Under the pieces are notes generated by a model. The model worked only from the letters and a program-made list of their open reading frames with translations. It had not been told where the DNA came from and did no database searches. This document shows positions 36,654-46,650 of a stretch of 64,000 nt of DNA, one piece after another; the stretch's first letter is position 1; each line of letters starts with the position of its first letter. Position numbers and translations under genes: made by a program. The DNA comes from an uncultured bacterium (lineage in GTDB: Bacteria > Omnitrophota > Gorgyraeia > Zapsychrales > Aceulaceae), in contig CALGLP010000023.1 of NCBI GenBank assembly GCA_937930175.1, positions 100,872 through 164,871 on the forward strand. The letters are read 5' to 3'.

Positions 36654-37742
36654 ATGCCAAGTAAAAAGCTTCGTATTCTTAAAGTCGCAGTGCGTGACCT
36701 GAAAATGCCTTTGATTTATCCTTTTTGGATTGCTTCTGGGAAGCACGATGTCCTTGAGAATGTTTTGTTTGAGATCGAGTGTGAAAACGGAATCAAGGGA
36801 CTTGGCGAGGCCGCGGTGGCTACGCATATTACCAGCGAGACCGTTACACAAACTCGTGGCAATCTTCAGCGGTTGGCTGACCATCTTATTGGTCAAGATA
36901 TTGCGGATTATCCTTTATTATCAACATTTGCCGCGAAGCGATTGCAGGGGAATAAGTCAGCCCTTGCCGCTGTGGAAATGGCTTTGCTTGATGCCTATAC
37001 CCGCAGCCGAGGCTTGCCGCTATGGAAGTTTTTTGGAAAAAGATTGCACCGGATTGTCACCGACATCACGATCGTTATTTCTCAATTGTCTGACACGAAA
37101 AACGCAGCTAGAAAATTTTACAGCCAGGGTTTTCGCACGTTTAAAGTTAAAATTGGACGCGATTTCGATGGTGATATTAATCGCGTTTGCGCGATCGCGA
37201 AGATCGCGCCACGAGCTAAAATGATATTGGATGCGAATCAGGCTTTTAGCACAAAGCAGGCTTTGGCTTTCTTGCACGAACTTAAGAAGGTGAACATTCA
37301 TCCCCTCTTGATCGAACAGCCCGTCCCGAAAGCGGACTGGGAAGGCTTGCAGGAGATTACGCGAGAATCGCAGGTCAAGGTTTGCGCGGATGAGAGTATC
37401 AGCAGTTTCAAGGAGGCTTTATTTGTTATTCAACGTAAAGCAGTGGACGTGATTAATGTTAAGTTTATGAAAACTGGTATTTTTGAAGCGCAACAAATTG
37501 CCAAGTTGGCTGTTAAACATCATGTTGAGTTGATGTTGGGCTCGATGATGGAAAGTCCAATATCTGCTTTAGCCGCGGCCCATTTTGCCGGTGGTAGCGG
37601 GTTTTTTAAGTATATTGACCTGGATACACCTTTTTTTATTAAGGGAAATATCTTGAAAAATGCCTATTTGGGTTCTAATGGTATTTATCATCTAGTGAAA
37701 ATAAAGCAGGGAATAGGGGTTGTTTCTAAAAGGGAGGATTAA
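36654..37742 (+). CDS. Enolase-superfamily (MR/MLE) enzyme, likely L-Ala-D/L-Glu dipeptide epimerase
   Basis: MR/MLE motifs (KVKIGRDFDGDINRVCAIAKI ... ILDANQAFS ... IEQP) are present. The metal-ligand D/E/D pattern matches. Neighbouring M15 and NlpC/P60 peptidase genes support a murein-peptide substrate. Confidence 0.7.
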   Translation: MPSKKLRILKVAVRDLKMPLIYPFWIASGKHDVLENVLFEIECENGIKGLGEAAVATHITSETVTQTRGNLQRLADHLIGQDIADYPLLSTFAAKRLQGNKSALAAVEMALLDAYTRSRGLPLWKFFGKRLHRIVTDITIVISQLSDTKNAARKFYSQGFRTFKVKIGRDFDGDINRVCAIAKIAPRAKMILDANQAFSTKQALAFLHELKKVNIHPLLIEQPVPKADWEGLQEITRESQVKVCADESISSFKEALFVIQRKAVDVINVKFMKTGIFEAQQIAKLAVKHHVELMLGSMMESPISALAAAHFAGGSGFFKYIDLDTPFFIKGNILKNAYLGSNGIYHLVKIKQGIGVVSKRED

Positions 37743-37752
37743 AGAGAGAGCG

Positions 37753-38544
37753 ATGAAGAAAGTTTTCGTATTTTTTATGGCATGTTGCTTGGTTGTTGGG
37801 TTGAGTGTTCTAGCGTTTGGCGAATTAGCGCTTGATGGACTGCCAGCAAAAGACATTAGGATGGTCAAATCGCTGCTCAAGAAACTTGAACCTTTGATCA
37901 AGGCAAGAGAAAAGATGAGCACTCTGGCCACGCTGACCTTTGATGAATTGTATGCTCCTTTAAGTGGTGACGAGGCGCAGTTTTTGAAAGAATTTCAGGA
38001 GCTCGACGCCAAAGTGCTGAATGTTAAAATCCCCTTTCGCGGTATGGCCACGGGTGAAGAGCCTTTGATAAAAATTACTGGGCAGAGGATACGCTATATT
38101 CATATCCAGAATGGCGATTCCCATGAGATGGGCGTTCAATATTTGCCGCAAGATGTTTATGAAAAATATCAAGACATGATGGCCGCCATGGAAAAAGATA
38201 TCGGTAAGCGTTTGCTCGTCGAGTCTGGATATCGCTCAAGTGCGTATCAGCTTTATCTTTTTGTGTATTATCTTAAGAATCATGCCTATTCTATTCGAGA
38301 GACCGTGAAGTTTGTGGCGCTTCCTGGCTATAGCGAGCATGGTGCGCCGGCGCATCAGGCAATTGATTTTATCAATGAGTTTGGCATCAACGGGGAGTAT
38401 AATACCAAAGAGTTTGAGGACCTGCCGGAATACCAGTGGCTGTTGGCGCATGCTTCTGAGTTTGGATTTGTTTTATCGTATCCAAAAGCGGATCAAAGCG
38501 GTATTACGTATGAGCCGTGGCATTGGCGGCTTGATGCACGCTGA
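37753..38544 (+). CDS. Peptidase M15 (VanY / D-Ala-D-Ala carboxypeptidase-like) with signal peptide
   Basis: Signal peptide MKKVFVFFMACCLVVGLSVLA. M15 motifs VESGYRS ... LPGYSEHGAPAHQAIDF ... EPWHWR. Confidence 0.75.
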   Translation: MKKVFVFFMACCLVVGLSVLAFGELALDGLPAKDIRMVKSLLKKLEPLIKAREKMSTLATLTFDELYAPLSGDEAQFLKEFQELDAKVLNVKIPFRGMATGEEPLIKITGQRIRYIHIQNGDSHEMGVQYLPQDVYEKYQDMMAAMEKDIGKRLLVESGYRSSAYQLYLFVYYLKNHAYSIRETVKFVALPGYSEHGAPAHQAIDFINEFGINGEYNTKEFEDLPEYQWLLAHASEFGFVLSYPKADQSGITYEPWHWRLDAR

Positions 38545-38565
38545 GCATATTGACCTTAGCGCATA

Positions 38566-39816
38566 ATGAGGAGAATGAAAATGAATAAGAGAAAAGGAGC
38601 ATTTTTCAAGAATTATGCTTTTTCGCTTATTTTGATCGGCTCGATTGTGATTGGTTCGATCACGGGATTGATCTTTAAGGAAAAAGCCGTTATCTTAAAG
38701 CCTTTTGGAGACATTTTTCTTAATCTTCTTTTTACGATCGTTGTTCCTCTGGTATTTTTTTCGATTTCATCGGCGGTAGGGTCCATGTCCGATGTCCGGA
38801 GATTGGGGAAAATTATATCCTGGATGTTGGTGATCTTTTTGGCCACCAGTTTCGTTTCGTCGCTTCTGATGGTGGTTGCGGTTAAAACTTTTCCTCTAAC
38901 GCAGGGGATGCAGCTCCAAACACTTTCGAGTTATCATCCACCCGATATCAGCGTGTCGCAGCAAATTGTTAAGGCCTTAACTGTTTCTGATTTTAATGAA
39001 CTTTTTAGCAAAAAGAATATGTTGGCTCTTATTTTGTTTGCGATGTTTATTGGTTTGGCGGCTTCCTTGTCAGGAGAAAAGGGAAAGCTGTTTGTGCAGT
39101 TTCTTCAGGCCTCAAGCGCTGTGATGGAAAAGGCTATGTCGTTTATCATGCTTTACGCGCCGGTTGGTTTGGGCGCGTATTTTGCCTATTTGTTAGGGTC
39201 TTTCGGCCCGCAGCTTTTTGGTTCGTATTTTAAGGCTCTTCTTTTATATTATCCAATGGCGATTGGGTATTTTGTGGTGGGATTTTCTTTGTATGCGTAT
39301 TGTGCTGGGGGGCTTCACGCGATCAAGAAATTTTGGGCGAATATCCTTCCGGTCGCTGTAACGGCTTGGGCCACTGGGAGCAGTATCGCGACGATCCCTG
39401 TGAATTTAAAAGCCGCCGAAGACATCGGCACACCAAAAGATATTCGCGAGATCATGATCCCCATCGGTGCTACGACGCACATGGATGGCTCCTGCCTGGC
39501 GGCTATTTTGAAGATTGCTTTTTTGTTTGGAATTTTTGGCATGGATTTTTCATCTTTGCACGTTATCCTTTCCGCGATCGGGGTGGCCATGGTCGCTGGC
39601 GTTGTCATTGGTGGTATTCCGAGCGGCGGTATGTTGGGAGAGTTGATGATTGTGACCTTGTATGGGTTTCCAATTGAGGCGTTGCCGATGATCACCATGA
39701 TCGGAACGCTTGTGGATCCACCGGCTACGATGGTCAATGCCGCTGGCGATAATGTGGTGAGCATGGTGATTGCCAGGATTCTTAACGGGAAAGGATGGAT
39801 GAAGAAAGTCCTATGA
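38566..39816 (+). CDS. Dicarboxylate/amino acid:cation symporter (DAACS / SDF family)
   Basis: The 416-aa polytopic product carries typical SDF-family motifs (NLLFTIVVPLVFFSISSAVGSM ... IPIGATTHMDGS ... NAAGD). Confidence 0.8.
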   Translation: MRRMKMNKRKGAFFKNYAFSLILIGSIVIGSITGLIFKEKAVILKPFGDIFLNLLFTIVVPLVFFSISSAVGSMSDVRRLGKIISWMLVIFLATSFVSSLLMVVAVKTFPLTQGMQLQTLSSYHPPDISVSQQIVKALTVSDFNELFSKKNMLALILFAMFIGLAASLSGEKGKLFVQFLQASSAVMEKAMSFIMLYAPVGLGAYFAYLLGSFGPQLFGSYFKALLLYYPMAIGYFVVGFSLYAYCAGGLHAIKKFWANILPVAVTAWATGSSIATIPVNLKAAEDIGTPKDIREIMIPIGATTHMDGSCLAAILKIAFLFGIFGMDFSSLHVILSAIGVAMVAGVVIGGIPSGGMLGELMIVTLYGFPIEALPMITMIGTLVDPPATMVNAAGDNVVSMVIARILNGKGWMKKVL

Positions 39817-40979
39817 TTCAAAATCCTCTTTTGATTATTTTGGTCCTTGTCGTAATCGAAGCATTTATTATATTTGTTTCGGAGCGAAGGATTTATAAAA
39901 AATACTTTTCGTTCTTTCCGGCAGTATTTTGGATTTATTTCTTGCCTATGCTGTGTTCCTCGCTAGGGTTGCTTCATAACAAGAGTCCTGTTTATTCAGC
40001 GATCACAAATTATTTTCTGCCGGCTAGCCTTATTCTTTTACTGATGTGCGTCGATATCAAGGCGATTATGCATCTGGGGCGGACAGCCTTGGGGATGTTT
40101 TTGATCGGAAGTTTGGGGATCATGACGGGAACCGTTTTGGTTTTTGCTGTTTTAAAAAGGATTGTCGGGCCGCAATTTTGGGGTGGGTTTGGAGCGCTGG
40201 CGGGTTCTTGGACTGGGGGCAGTGCTAATATGATCGCGGTCAAGGAGGCCTTATCAGTGCCAAGCGATGTTTTTTTTCCGATGGTAGTCGTTGATACCGT
40301 TGTGCCGTATGTTTGGATGGCCTTCCTTATATTAATGGTAGGATGGCAGAAGCTGTTTGATCCGTGGAATCACGCACGAATGGATCTTTTGACGGAGTTT
40401 AATAAGAAGGTTCATTTTACCTTGGTGAAAAGTTTTAACGGATGGCAAATAAAGCAAGTCTTCTTGATTTTAGTTATTGCTGCCGCAGGAAGTGTTTTAT
40501 CAGGTCTGCTGGCACAGTGTTTACCTGAAATGCCAGGCATTATTTCAACTTATACGTGGACGATCATCCTTGTTTCCTTTTTGGGAATTGGATTATCCTT
40601 GACGCGTTGCCGGAATCTCGAGCATGATGGTGCTTCACGGATGGGTGCGGGGATCCTTTATTTTGTGTTGACATCGATTGGCGCAAAAGCTAGCTTAACT
40701 AACTTGGGAAGCACTTGTGTTTTGATCTTTGCTGGATTCTGTATTGTTTTTGTCCATGCGGTGTTTATGTTGGTGGGCGCGCGCTTATTGCGCGCGCCCT
40801 TATATTTAGCGGCGATTGCCAGTCAGGCCAATATTGGAGGCGTTGCGTCGGCTCCGATGGTGGCTGCTTGTTATCAACCGAGCTTAGCTCCGGTGGGATT
40901 GTTGTTAGCGGTGTTAGGCAATATCCTTGGAACTTATTGTGGCATTATAACTGGCCAGTTGTGCCATTGGATCAGATGA
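39795..40979 (+). CDS. Polytopic membrane protein, DUF819-like (putative transporter)
   Basis: The 394-aa product has ~10 TM segments. Its family resemblance is weak and was judged by eye only. Confidence 0.35.
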   Translation: MDEESPMIQNPLLIILVLVVIEAFIIFVSERRIYKKYFSFFPAVFWIYFLPMLCSSLGLLHNKSPVYSAITNYFLPASLILLLMCVDIKAIMHLGRTALGMFLIGSLGIMTGTVLVFAVLKRIVGPQFWGGFGALAGSWTGGSANMIAVKEALSVPSDVFFPMVVVDTVVPYVWMAFLILMVGWQKLFDPWNHARMDLLTEFNKKVHFTLVKSFNGWQIKQVFLILVIAAAGSVLSGLLAQCLPEMPGIISTYTWTIILVSFLGIGLSLTRCRNLEHDGASRMGAGILYFVLTSIGAKASLTNLGSTCVLIFAGFCIVFVHAVFMLVGARLLRAPLYLAAIASQANIGGVASAPMVAACYQPSLAPVGLLLAVLGNILGTYCGIITGQLCHWIR

Positions 40980-42388
40980 TGAATCGAAGAAAGTATATTT
41001 TAAGTTTCTTAGTTTTTGCAGTCTTCTTGGTTGCGCTTAGCGGGTGCTGTCAAATTTCTCAAAAACGAGAACTCAGGGCTCCGAGCATTTTGCCTTATAC
41101 AACACGCCAGATGAAAACCGCTGGATTTTGGATTTCGAAGATCGCGGACCCTGACAAAGTCATTCTTACCATGCAGGAAATCAATGCCGTTAATTTGCAT
41201 ACTCAGGATCAAGTGAAGCTGGTTGAAGATATCATGCTGTCTCAGCCATCTATTAAAGGTAAAGAAGTGGCTGCGGTCTTGATGAAGTCTTTAAATTCTA
41301 TTCGGGCGCGATCGTTATTTGTAGAATCTGGGAACAAGGTAGGTGAGGAGTTCTTTGCTTCTATTGTTCAACAGATGAATTTGGAAGCCATGCCTGATCA
41401 AGTTATTGTACGTTATGGCTTGGCAGTTCATTATACCGATCAGCGTGTTTTGCCGACAACGCATGCATTGTATGGTGCAAAAGGTGATGTTGATTTTGAT
41501 GAATTACAAAATAGCAGTCTTGATATCGGGGAACCAATTCTGATTTTGCACCAAACTCAGGATGGCCAATGGATTTATGGGAAGACGCAGCTCAGTGCGG
41601 GTTGGGTTCAGGCGCGTGATGTTGCAATAGCGGATTTTAATGATATAAAGCGCTATGTGGCGCGGGACCGTTTTGTGGTTGTGATTGCGCCTAAGGCTGA
41701 TATTTTTCTTAACAGGGAACTTACGCAATATTATGATTATGTTCGCATGGGAACTGTTTTGCCGTTATTAAAGGAGGATGGCAATTGCGTTGAGGTGAAG
41801 ATCCCGACACGAAACCCTGACGGCACATTAGTCGAAGTTTCTGGATACATGAAAAAAGAAGCGATTAATGTCGGATTCTTGCCGTACACGCCAAGGAATA
41901 TCATCGACCAAGCTTTTAAAATGCTCAATAGCCCTTATGGCTGGGGGGATATGTATGGCGAGCAAGATTGCTCGCGTTTTATCCAGGAAGTTTTTTCAAC
42001 TGTCGGACTCGTTTTACCAAGAAATTCAAGCCAACAGGCACAAGTCGGCACCTTGGTGGCGGATTTCTCGTATCAAGAAAAGAGCGATGTCAAGCTGGCA
42101 GCATTGCAACAAAAGGCAATTCCTGGCATGACGACGCTGTACATGAAAGGCCACATCATGCTTTATTTAGGATCGGTGGAGGGTCGGGCCTATGCTATTC
42201 ATGCATCGTGGGGTTATCGAGACAAGTGTCCTGAGACAGAAAGCGGCCAAGAATGTCGTCAAGATATTATCCGTGTAATGAACCGTGTTGTCGTGAGTGA
42301 TTTATCGTTAGGTGAGGGTTCTGCGAAGAAATCGTTGCTTGAACGGTTGTTAATTGTCCGGCGCTTTGATAGTTCAGAAGAGCAATAA
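40976..42388 (+). CDS. NlpC/P60 (C40) peptidase lipoprotein with N-terminal SH3b-like region (YkfC-like gamma-D-Glu-L-diamino acid endopeptidase)
   Basis: Lipobox LVALSGCC. C40 catalytic Cys (GWGDMYGEQDCSRFIQEVF) and His (MKGHIMLYLG). The ATG at 40976 is preferred over the track start at 40715, which overlaps the previous gene in another frame. Confidence 0.7.
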   Translation: MMNRRKYILSFLVFAVFLVALSGCCQISQKRELRAPSILPYTTRQMKTAGFWISKIADPDKVILTMQEINAVNLHTQDQVKLVEDIMLSQPSIKGKEVAAVLMKSLNSIRARSLFVESGNKVGEEFFASIVQQMNLEAMPDQVIVRYGLAVHYTDQRVLPTTHALYGAKGDVDFDELQNSSLDIGEPILILHQTQDGQWIYGKTQLSAGWVQARDVAIADFNDIKRYVARDRFVVVIAPKADIFLNRELTQYYDYVRMGTVLPLLKEDGNCVEVKIPTRNPDGTLVEVSGYMKKEAINVGFLPYTPRNIIDQAFKMLNSPYGWGDMYGEQDCSRFIQEVFSTVGLVLPRNSSQQAQVGTLVADFSYQEKSDVKLAALQQKAIPGMTTLYMKGHIMLYLGSVEGRAYAIHASWGYRDKCPETESGQECRQDIIRVMNRVVVSDLSLGEGSAKKSLLERLLIVRRFDSSEEQ

Positions 42389-42575
42389 CTCTTGCTTGGC
42401 TTCGCAGCGCAGGCAAGATTTTTGGAAGGAATGATTTTTATGGGGGGGCAAAACTTCTTGATATCAAGAAGTTTTGCCCATATAATAATGCTATTATGTT
42501 AGGAGAGGGCTCTTTAGAATGAAGATTTGAAGGGCCCTTGATTTTTCTATTTAAAAATCTTTTAGGAGGTGCTGT

Positions 42576-43532
42576 ATGAAGGCTTATGGCAGGATTTTAC
42601 TCATGGTAAGTTTTGTTTGTCTTGCTTTTCATTGCCACACAGTTTGGGGTCAGGATCAGAAGACGGAAAGAAAGCAGCAAGAACAGCAGCAATTACAAAA
42701 AGAATTTGAGTGGTGGCCAACGGATGCCCAACCCGCTCCTGTTAAAGATGAGGGACGTGGAGGCTATTGGTGGTGGCCGACGCAACCAGGCCAGGCTAAA
42801 CCCTGGGGCAATCGCGGATATGTTTATGTGTATAAGATAATCTATGACTATCAAGCTCCCGATGAAGAAGTCCTCAATCGGCCAGACATGAGGCCGTCTT
42901 TGTTGATCAAAAAGATTGTTAAGAATATTAAGATTTATTTTGATTGCAACAAAGCTGATTTAAGAGAGGATCATATCTCCATTTTGAAGAATGCCGTCAG
43001 AACGCTTCAACGCAATCCTGAGGCCGATATTCTTATCACGGGCAATTGTGATGCCCGTGGGTCTGATGAATACAATCTTAAGCTTGGCAAGAAAAGAGGG
43101 GAAGTGGTTGAGCAGTTCATGATCGAGCAAGGGATCTCGGAAGACCGCATTAAGATCGTCAGCCGAGGCAAGCTGGATGCTGCGGCGCCCCTTAGCGATC
43201 TCGATGGAATGCAGAAGGATCGAAACGCCCAGTTTGTTATTGCAGAAGTTGAGGAGATCATGATCCCTGCTGGGGATATTCCGGAAGAGCCCAATGCGAA
43301 AATTATTGAAGAAGGCAAATATGTCGTTGAGCAAGATGAAAAAATTGAATCCGCGCCAAAGGTTTCAACGCGGGAATATATCATCAAGAAAAATGATTCG
43401 TTGTGGAAAATTGCCGCAAGGGAAATGGGCAACGGAAACCGCTGGAAATATCTTTATGAGCTAAACAAGGAGAGAATTAAGAATCCAAGTAAGCTTAAGG
43501 TTGGGCAAAGCATTACGATTCCTATCGAGTAG
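42576..43532 (+). CDS. OmpA-family peptidoglycan-binding protein with C-terminal LysM
   Basis: Signal peptide present. OmpA_C motifs ILITGNCDARGSDEYNLKLGKKRGEVV. LysM motif YIIKKNDSLWKIAAR...VGQSITIP. A W-rich repeat (EWWPTDAQP / YWWWPTQPGQ) is present. Confidence 0.75.
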   Translation: MKAYGRILLMVSFVCLAFHCHTVWGQDQKTERKQQEQQQLQKEFEWWPTDAQPAPVKDEGRGGYWWWPTQPGQAKPWGNRGYVYVYKIIYDYQAPDEEVLNRPDMRPSLLIKKIVKNIKIYFDCNKADLREDHISILKNAVRTLQRNPEADILITGNCDARGSDEYNLKLGKKRGEVVEQFMIEQGISEDRIKIVSRGKLDAAAPLSDLDGMQKDRNAQFVIAEVEEIMIPAGDIPEEPNAKIIEEGKYVVEQDEKIESAPKVSTREYIIKKNDSLWKIAAREMGNGNRWKYLYELNKERIKNPSKLKVGQSITIPIE

Positions 43533-43636
43533 GCTTGGCGCGATGATTGTTGCGTTAGATTAAGGAGGGGTTTTTGGGTAGAAGAGCCCCAGGATCCCAG
43601 ATGTATGCTTTTTAAGGGGGAGCCCTATAGACAGTA

Positions 43637-43678
43637 GCGCTGATTCTTCATAAGAATCAGCGCTGCTTTTTGTTTTGA
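43637..43678 (+). terminator. Intrinsic terminator downstream of the OmpA-LysM gene
   Basis: Perfect 13-bp stem (agcgctgattctt/aagaatcagcgct) with loop cat, followed by gctttttgtttt. Confidence 0.55.
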
Positions 43679-43798
43679 GGGGCATGCCGAGATTGGTTAG
43701 GCTTCCATTAAATTCATTGAATACGCTGCATTTTAGTGGTATATCTAAGCATGCCTTAACTCTGGTGGATCATGTTTCTTGTATTATAGGAGGTCTCG

Positions 43799-44272
43799 AT
43801 GAAAAGAATCTTTATCGTTTCGCTATTCATGTGCTTTATAAGTTGTTTAGGCCCCCTGACGACAAAAGCGCAGGCCTTGGATGTCAATACGCTTTTTACA
43901 GCGTTGAAAAATGAACTTGGGGATAAGGTTGTGGCGGCCAGCGATATCAATGCGGCTGAGCAACCGATTAAGAAATTGCTTGGCATGGGAGCAAGCTTAG
44001 CCGAGGTCAAGACCGTTTTGCTTGATTTTATTGGTAAGGGATTTAAAGGCAACGATCTTAACAGCTTGGTCAGCTGTGTTAGTGATTTAATGAAAAATAA
44101 AGAGGCGATTAAGACCGCTGCTAGTTTTGTTTCTCAGGCTATAGGGCAGGCGAGCGCCATGGGCTTAAAAGGAAAAGACCTGATTGCAAAAGTTCAGGGA
44201 CTCGTTTCCCAGAAAAAGGTTTCTCAAGATTTATTGGATAAAAAAGGGTTAAGTTCATTTTTCGGTAAATAA
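43799..44272 (+). CDS. Small secreted protein of unknown function (157 aa)
   Basis: Signal peptide MKRIFIVSLFMCFISCLGPLTTKAQA. The mature part is helical and Lys-rich. Confidence 0.45.
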   Translation: MKRIFIVSLFMCFISCLGPLTTKAQALDVNTLFTALKNELGDKVVAASDINAAEQPIKKLLGMGASLAEVKTVLLDFIGKGFKGNDLNSLVSCVSDLMKNKEAIKTAASFVSQAIGQASAMGLKGKDLIAKVQGLVSQKKVSQDLLDKKGLSSFFGK

Positions 44273-44293
44273 CAAACAACAAAGGAGGAGCGC

Positions 44294-44620
44294 ATGTCTT
44301 TTATCAAAGAATTTAAAGAATTTGCTGTCAAGGGTGATGCCGTGGATATGGCTGTAGGTATCGTGATAGGCGCTTCATTTAGTAAAATCGTTACCTCGCT
44401 CGTCGGTGACGTGATCATGCCTCCGATCGGGTTGCTTTTGGGAGGAGTCGATTTTAAAAATTTGAAGGTTGTTCTCAAAGCGGCTGTTGGCGAGGCCCCT
44501 GCCGTCACTCTCAACTATGGCGCATTCATTAACACAACGATTGATTTTCTCATCGTGGCATTCTCGATATTTTTAGTGGTGAAGGGTATTAATCATTTAA
44601 AAAAGAAACAAGTGGGGTAA
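44294..44620 (+). CDS. mscL: Large-conductance mechanosensitive channel
   Basis: Near-canonical MscL N-terminus ([54 protein letters not shown]). Confidence 0.9.
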   Translation: MSFIKEFKEFAVKGDAVDMAVGIVIGASFSKIVTSLVGDVIMPPIGLLLGGVDFKNLKVVLKAAVGEAPAVTLNYGAFINTTIDFLIVAFSIFLVVKGINHLKKKQVG

Positions 44621-44623
44621 GCG

Positions 44624-45169
44624 GTGTTTTCCTTTATTAATATTCCGGCGCGTATTCTCGCCATTTTGGAGCTTAACATTTCTCCGGCGCAGGTGGCTGG
44701 AGGAGTTTGCTTGGGAATGTTTTTAGGGTTTACTCCGTTGAACGGTCCGATGGCGCTTGTGCTTTTTATTTTTTTCTTTCTTTTTAAAGTGAACAGGTTT
44801 TCTACGGTAGCGACCCTGCCCCTGTTCAAGTTGCTTTATGTGCTTGGGTTCAGCTCGTTAACTGATCGTATTGGCGGATATCTTTTGATCGATGCAAGCT
44901 TTTTGGCCGGGTTTTGGAAATGGGTCACAAGTTTACCGATTTTGGCTCTCCTGGATCTCAATAATACCTTGGTCATTGGAGGCCTGGCCTTGTCTGGGAT
45001 TCTTTGCCTTCCGGTTTATTTCTTGGTAAGACTTCTCTATATTCATTTCATCGCGCCCCGCTTAAATAAAATTCAAGAATTAAAATTTGTAAAGCGGATC
45101 AAGGGATATAAAGTGATCAACACCGTGATCAAAAAGATGGATGTTGTCAGGAGAAAAACGCAATCATGA
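44624..45169 (+). CDS. DUF2062-like small membrane protein
   Basis: GTG start right after the mscL stop. Motif CLGMFLGFTPLNGPMALVLFIFF. Confidence 0.45.
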   Translation: MFSFINIPARILAILELNISPAQVAGGVCLGMFLGFTPLNGPMALVLFIFFFLFKVNRFSTVATLPLFKLLYVLGFSSLTDRIGGYLLIDASFLAGFWKWVTSLPILALLDLNNTLVIGGLALSGILCLPVYFLVRLLYIHFIAPRLNKIQELKFVKRIKGYKVINTVIKKMDVVRRKTQS

Positions 45170-46533
45170 AGTATCTGAATATCAGAAATATTATCATCGT
45201 GCTATTGGTTCTTGCGGTGGTTCATTTTAGCGTGGGGTTGTTGATTAGCCCAAAGCTCGGTAAGCTTATGGTTGAGAAAATGAATCAATATAGCCGGGCA
45301 AAGATTTCTGTTGAACGGGTCAATATTTGGCCACTGACATTTTCATTCTTTTTAAAGAACTTAAAAATTTTTGATCCAGAAAGCACAGATAAAAGAATTG
45401 CTGAAATAAAGGAAGCCTCTGTTCGCGTAAGTCCACTAGGATTGCTTTCCAAACGGTTAGTTATTGGGGTTAAGATAAAGGGTGCGCAGGTTAACCTACA
45501 GGGCGAACCTGATGGAACTTTTAATATTCAGAAACTTGCCGAGCCCAAAACTCCTGGCAAGCCTATTGAGCTGACGGGAATCAGGGAAGGCGTCCTCAAG
45601 AATAAGGATTGGTTTGCTAAGGGCTACGATTTGTTGAAAAAGAAGTTTTCTGGCGATGCGCTCAAGAAAGAAAAAGCGCAAGCCATCGAGGCAAAAAAGA
45701 TTACAAAGACCGTGGATGCTTTGCCGCGAGGGCGTAGGGTTCACTTTAAGTCAAAAGACAGTTATCTCTTGGAAATTAAGAGTTTGGGCATTGCAGACGC
45801 TTCCCTTGACTTAAGGAATCAAGATGGCCGTTCTGTACAGATTGAAGATGTTCGAATCGAATTACGGAATGCTGCTTTTGATCCTGAGCTAGGTTTTCGC
45901 TTAGGAGTGGCGCAGGCAAAAGGGAAGATTAAAAATGCTGGGGTTGATGCGGGGAGTTTGACGTTTGTGTATAAGAGAGCGTGGAGTGAGAATAATCGTA
46001 AGGTCCAATTTAATCTTGGGCTTAAAGAGGTTGATCTGGATGCCGTGCGTTTTATTTATGAAAATTCTTTGCCCATAGAAATAGTTAGGGGAACAACTAG
46101 CATGACTTCAGAAACTCTTTTGGATCAGGGCAATATTCATTCTGTTAATCAGATTTCTCTTGGGAGCCACGAGCTAAAACCTAAAGGAGCATCAGGGGCT
46201 TCCGATATTTTTATGCCGATGCCTTTACTGTGTGAGGCGCTCAACGGGATCAATCCACTACGCTTGGATTTTACTATTTCTGGCACCGTTGAAAATCCAG
46301 AATTTAAAGGATTGATGCGTTCGCTTGCGGAGCTGGTTAAGCCAAGCATGAAAAATCTCGGCGAGGTTATGAAAGGTGAGTTGAAGCGCAAAGGCGTTAC
46401 GGGGATGCTTGAAGCCGTTTCGGGAAAGAAAGAAGACAAGGCTCAGAGTGTCTCTTCTCAAGAAAAAGAGAAGAACGTGAGCGCGGAAGACGTTGTCAAT
46501 TCCTTGCAGTCGATCTTTGGTCAGAAGAAATAG
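45166..46533 (+). CDS. Hypothetical membrane-anchored protein (AsmA/DUF748-like N-terminus)
   Basis: N-terminal TM (IIIVLLVLAVVHFSVGLLI). The beta-rich body is 455 aa. Confidence 0.4.
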   Translation: MKYLNIRNIIIVLLVLAVVHFSVGLLISPKLGKLMVEKMNQYSRAKISVERVNIWPLTFSFFLKNLKIFDPESTDKRIAEIKEASVRVSPLGLLSKRLVIGVKIKGAQVNLQGEPDGTFNIQKLAEPKTPGKPIELTGIREGVLKNKDWFAKGYDLLKKKFSGDALKKEKAQAIEAKKITKTVDALPRGRRVHFKSKDSYLLEIKSLGIADASLDLRNQDGRSVQIEDVRIELRNAAFDPELGFRLGVAQAKGKIKNAGVDAGSLTFVYKRAWSENNRKVQFNLGLKEVDLDAVRFIYENSLPIEIVRGTTSMTSETLLDQGNIHSVNQISLGSHELKPKGASGASDIFMPMPLLCEALNGINPLRLDFTISGTVENPEFKGLMRSLAELVKPSMKNLGEVMKGELKRKGVTGMLEAVSGKKEDKAQSVSSQEKEKNVSAEDVVNSLQSIFGQKK

Positions 46534-46561
46534 GATGTTAGGGTAGTCTTTTTGGAAGCTT

Positions 46562-46591
46562 AAGGGCCCAGGAGAAAATTTTCTCCTGGGC
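46562..46591. terminator. Bidirectional hairpin between convergent genes
   Basis: Perfect 15-bp inverted repeat (gggcccaggagaaaa/ttttctcctgggccc). Confidence 0.5.
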
Positions 46592-46650
46592 CCCTTTAAA
46601 CAACTTTGAACTATTAGAATGAATGTGAAAAGTCTACAGCGGCGCTTAGA

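Noticed and set aside
36730-37301. ORFs 36730–37224 + and 37020–37301 - overlapping the epimerase gene
   Set aside because: They are alternative frames within a well-supported enolase-superfamily CDS.
39300-39821. ORFs 39300–39677 + and 39315–39821 - inside the DAACS symporter gene
   Set aside because: These frames are embedded in a confidently called transporter CDS. They have a biased Arg/His or Ile/Pro composition typical of off-frame translation.
40715-40975. Upstream start for the NlpC/P60 gene at 40715
   Set aside because: It overlaps the DUF819-like gene by 265 nt in another frame. The ATG at 40976 gives a clean lipoprotein signal peptide.
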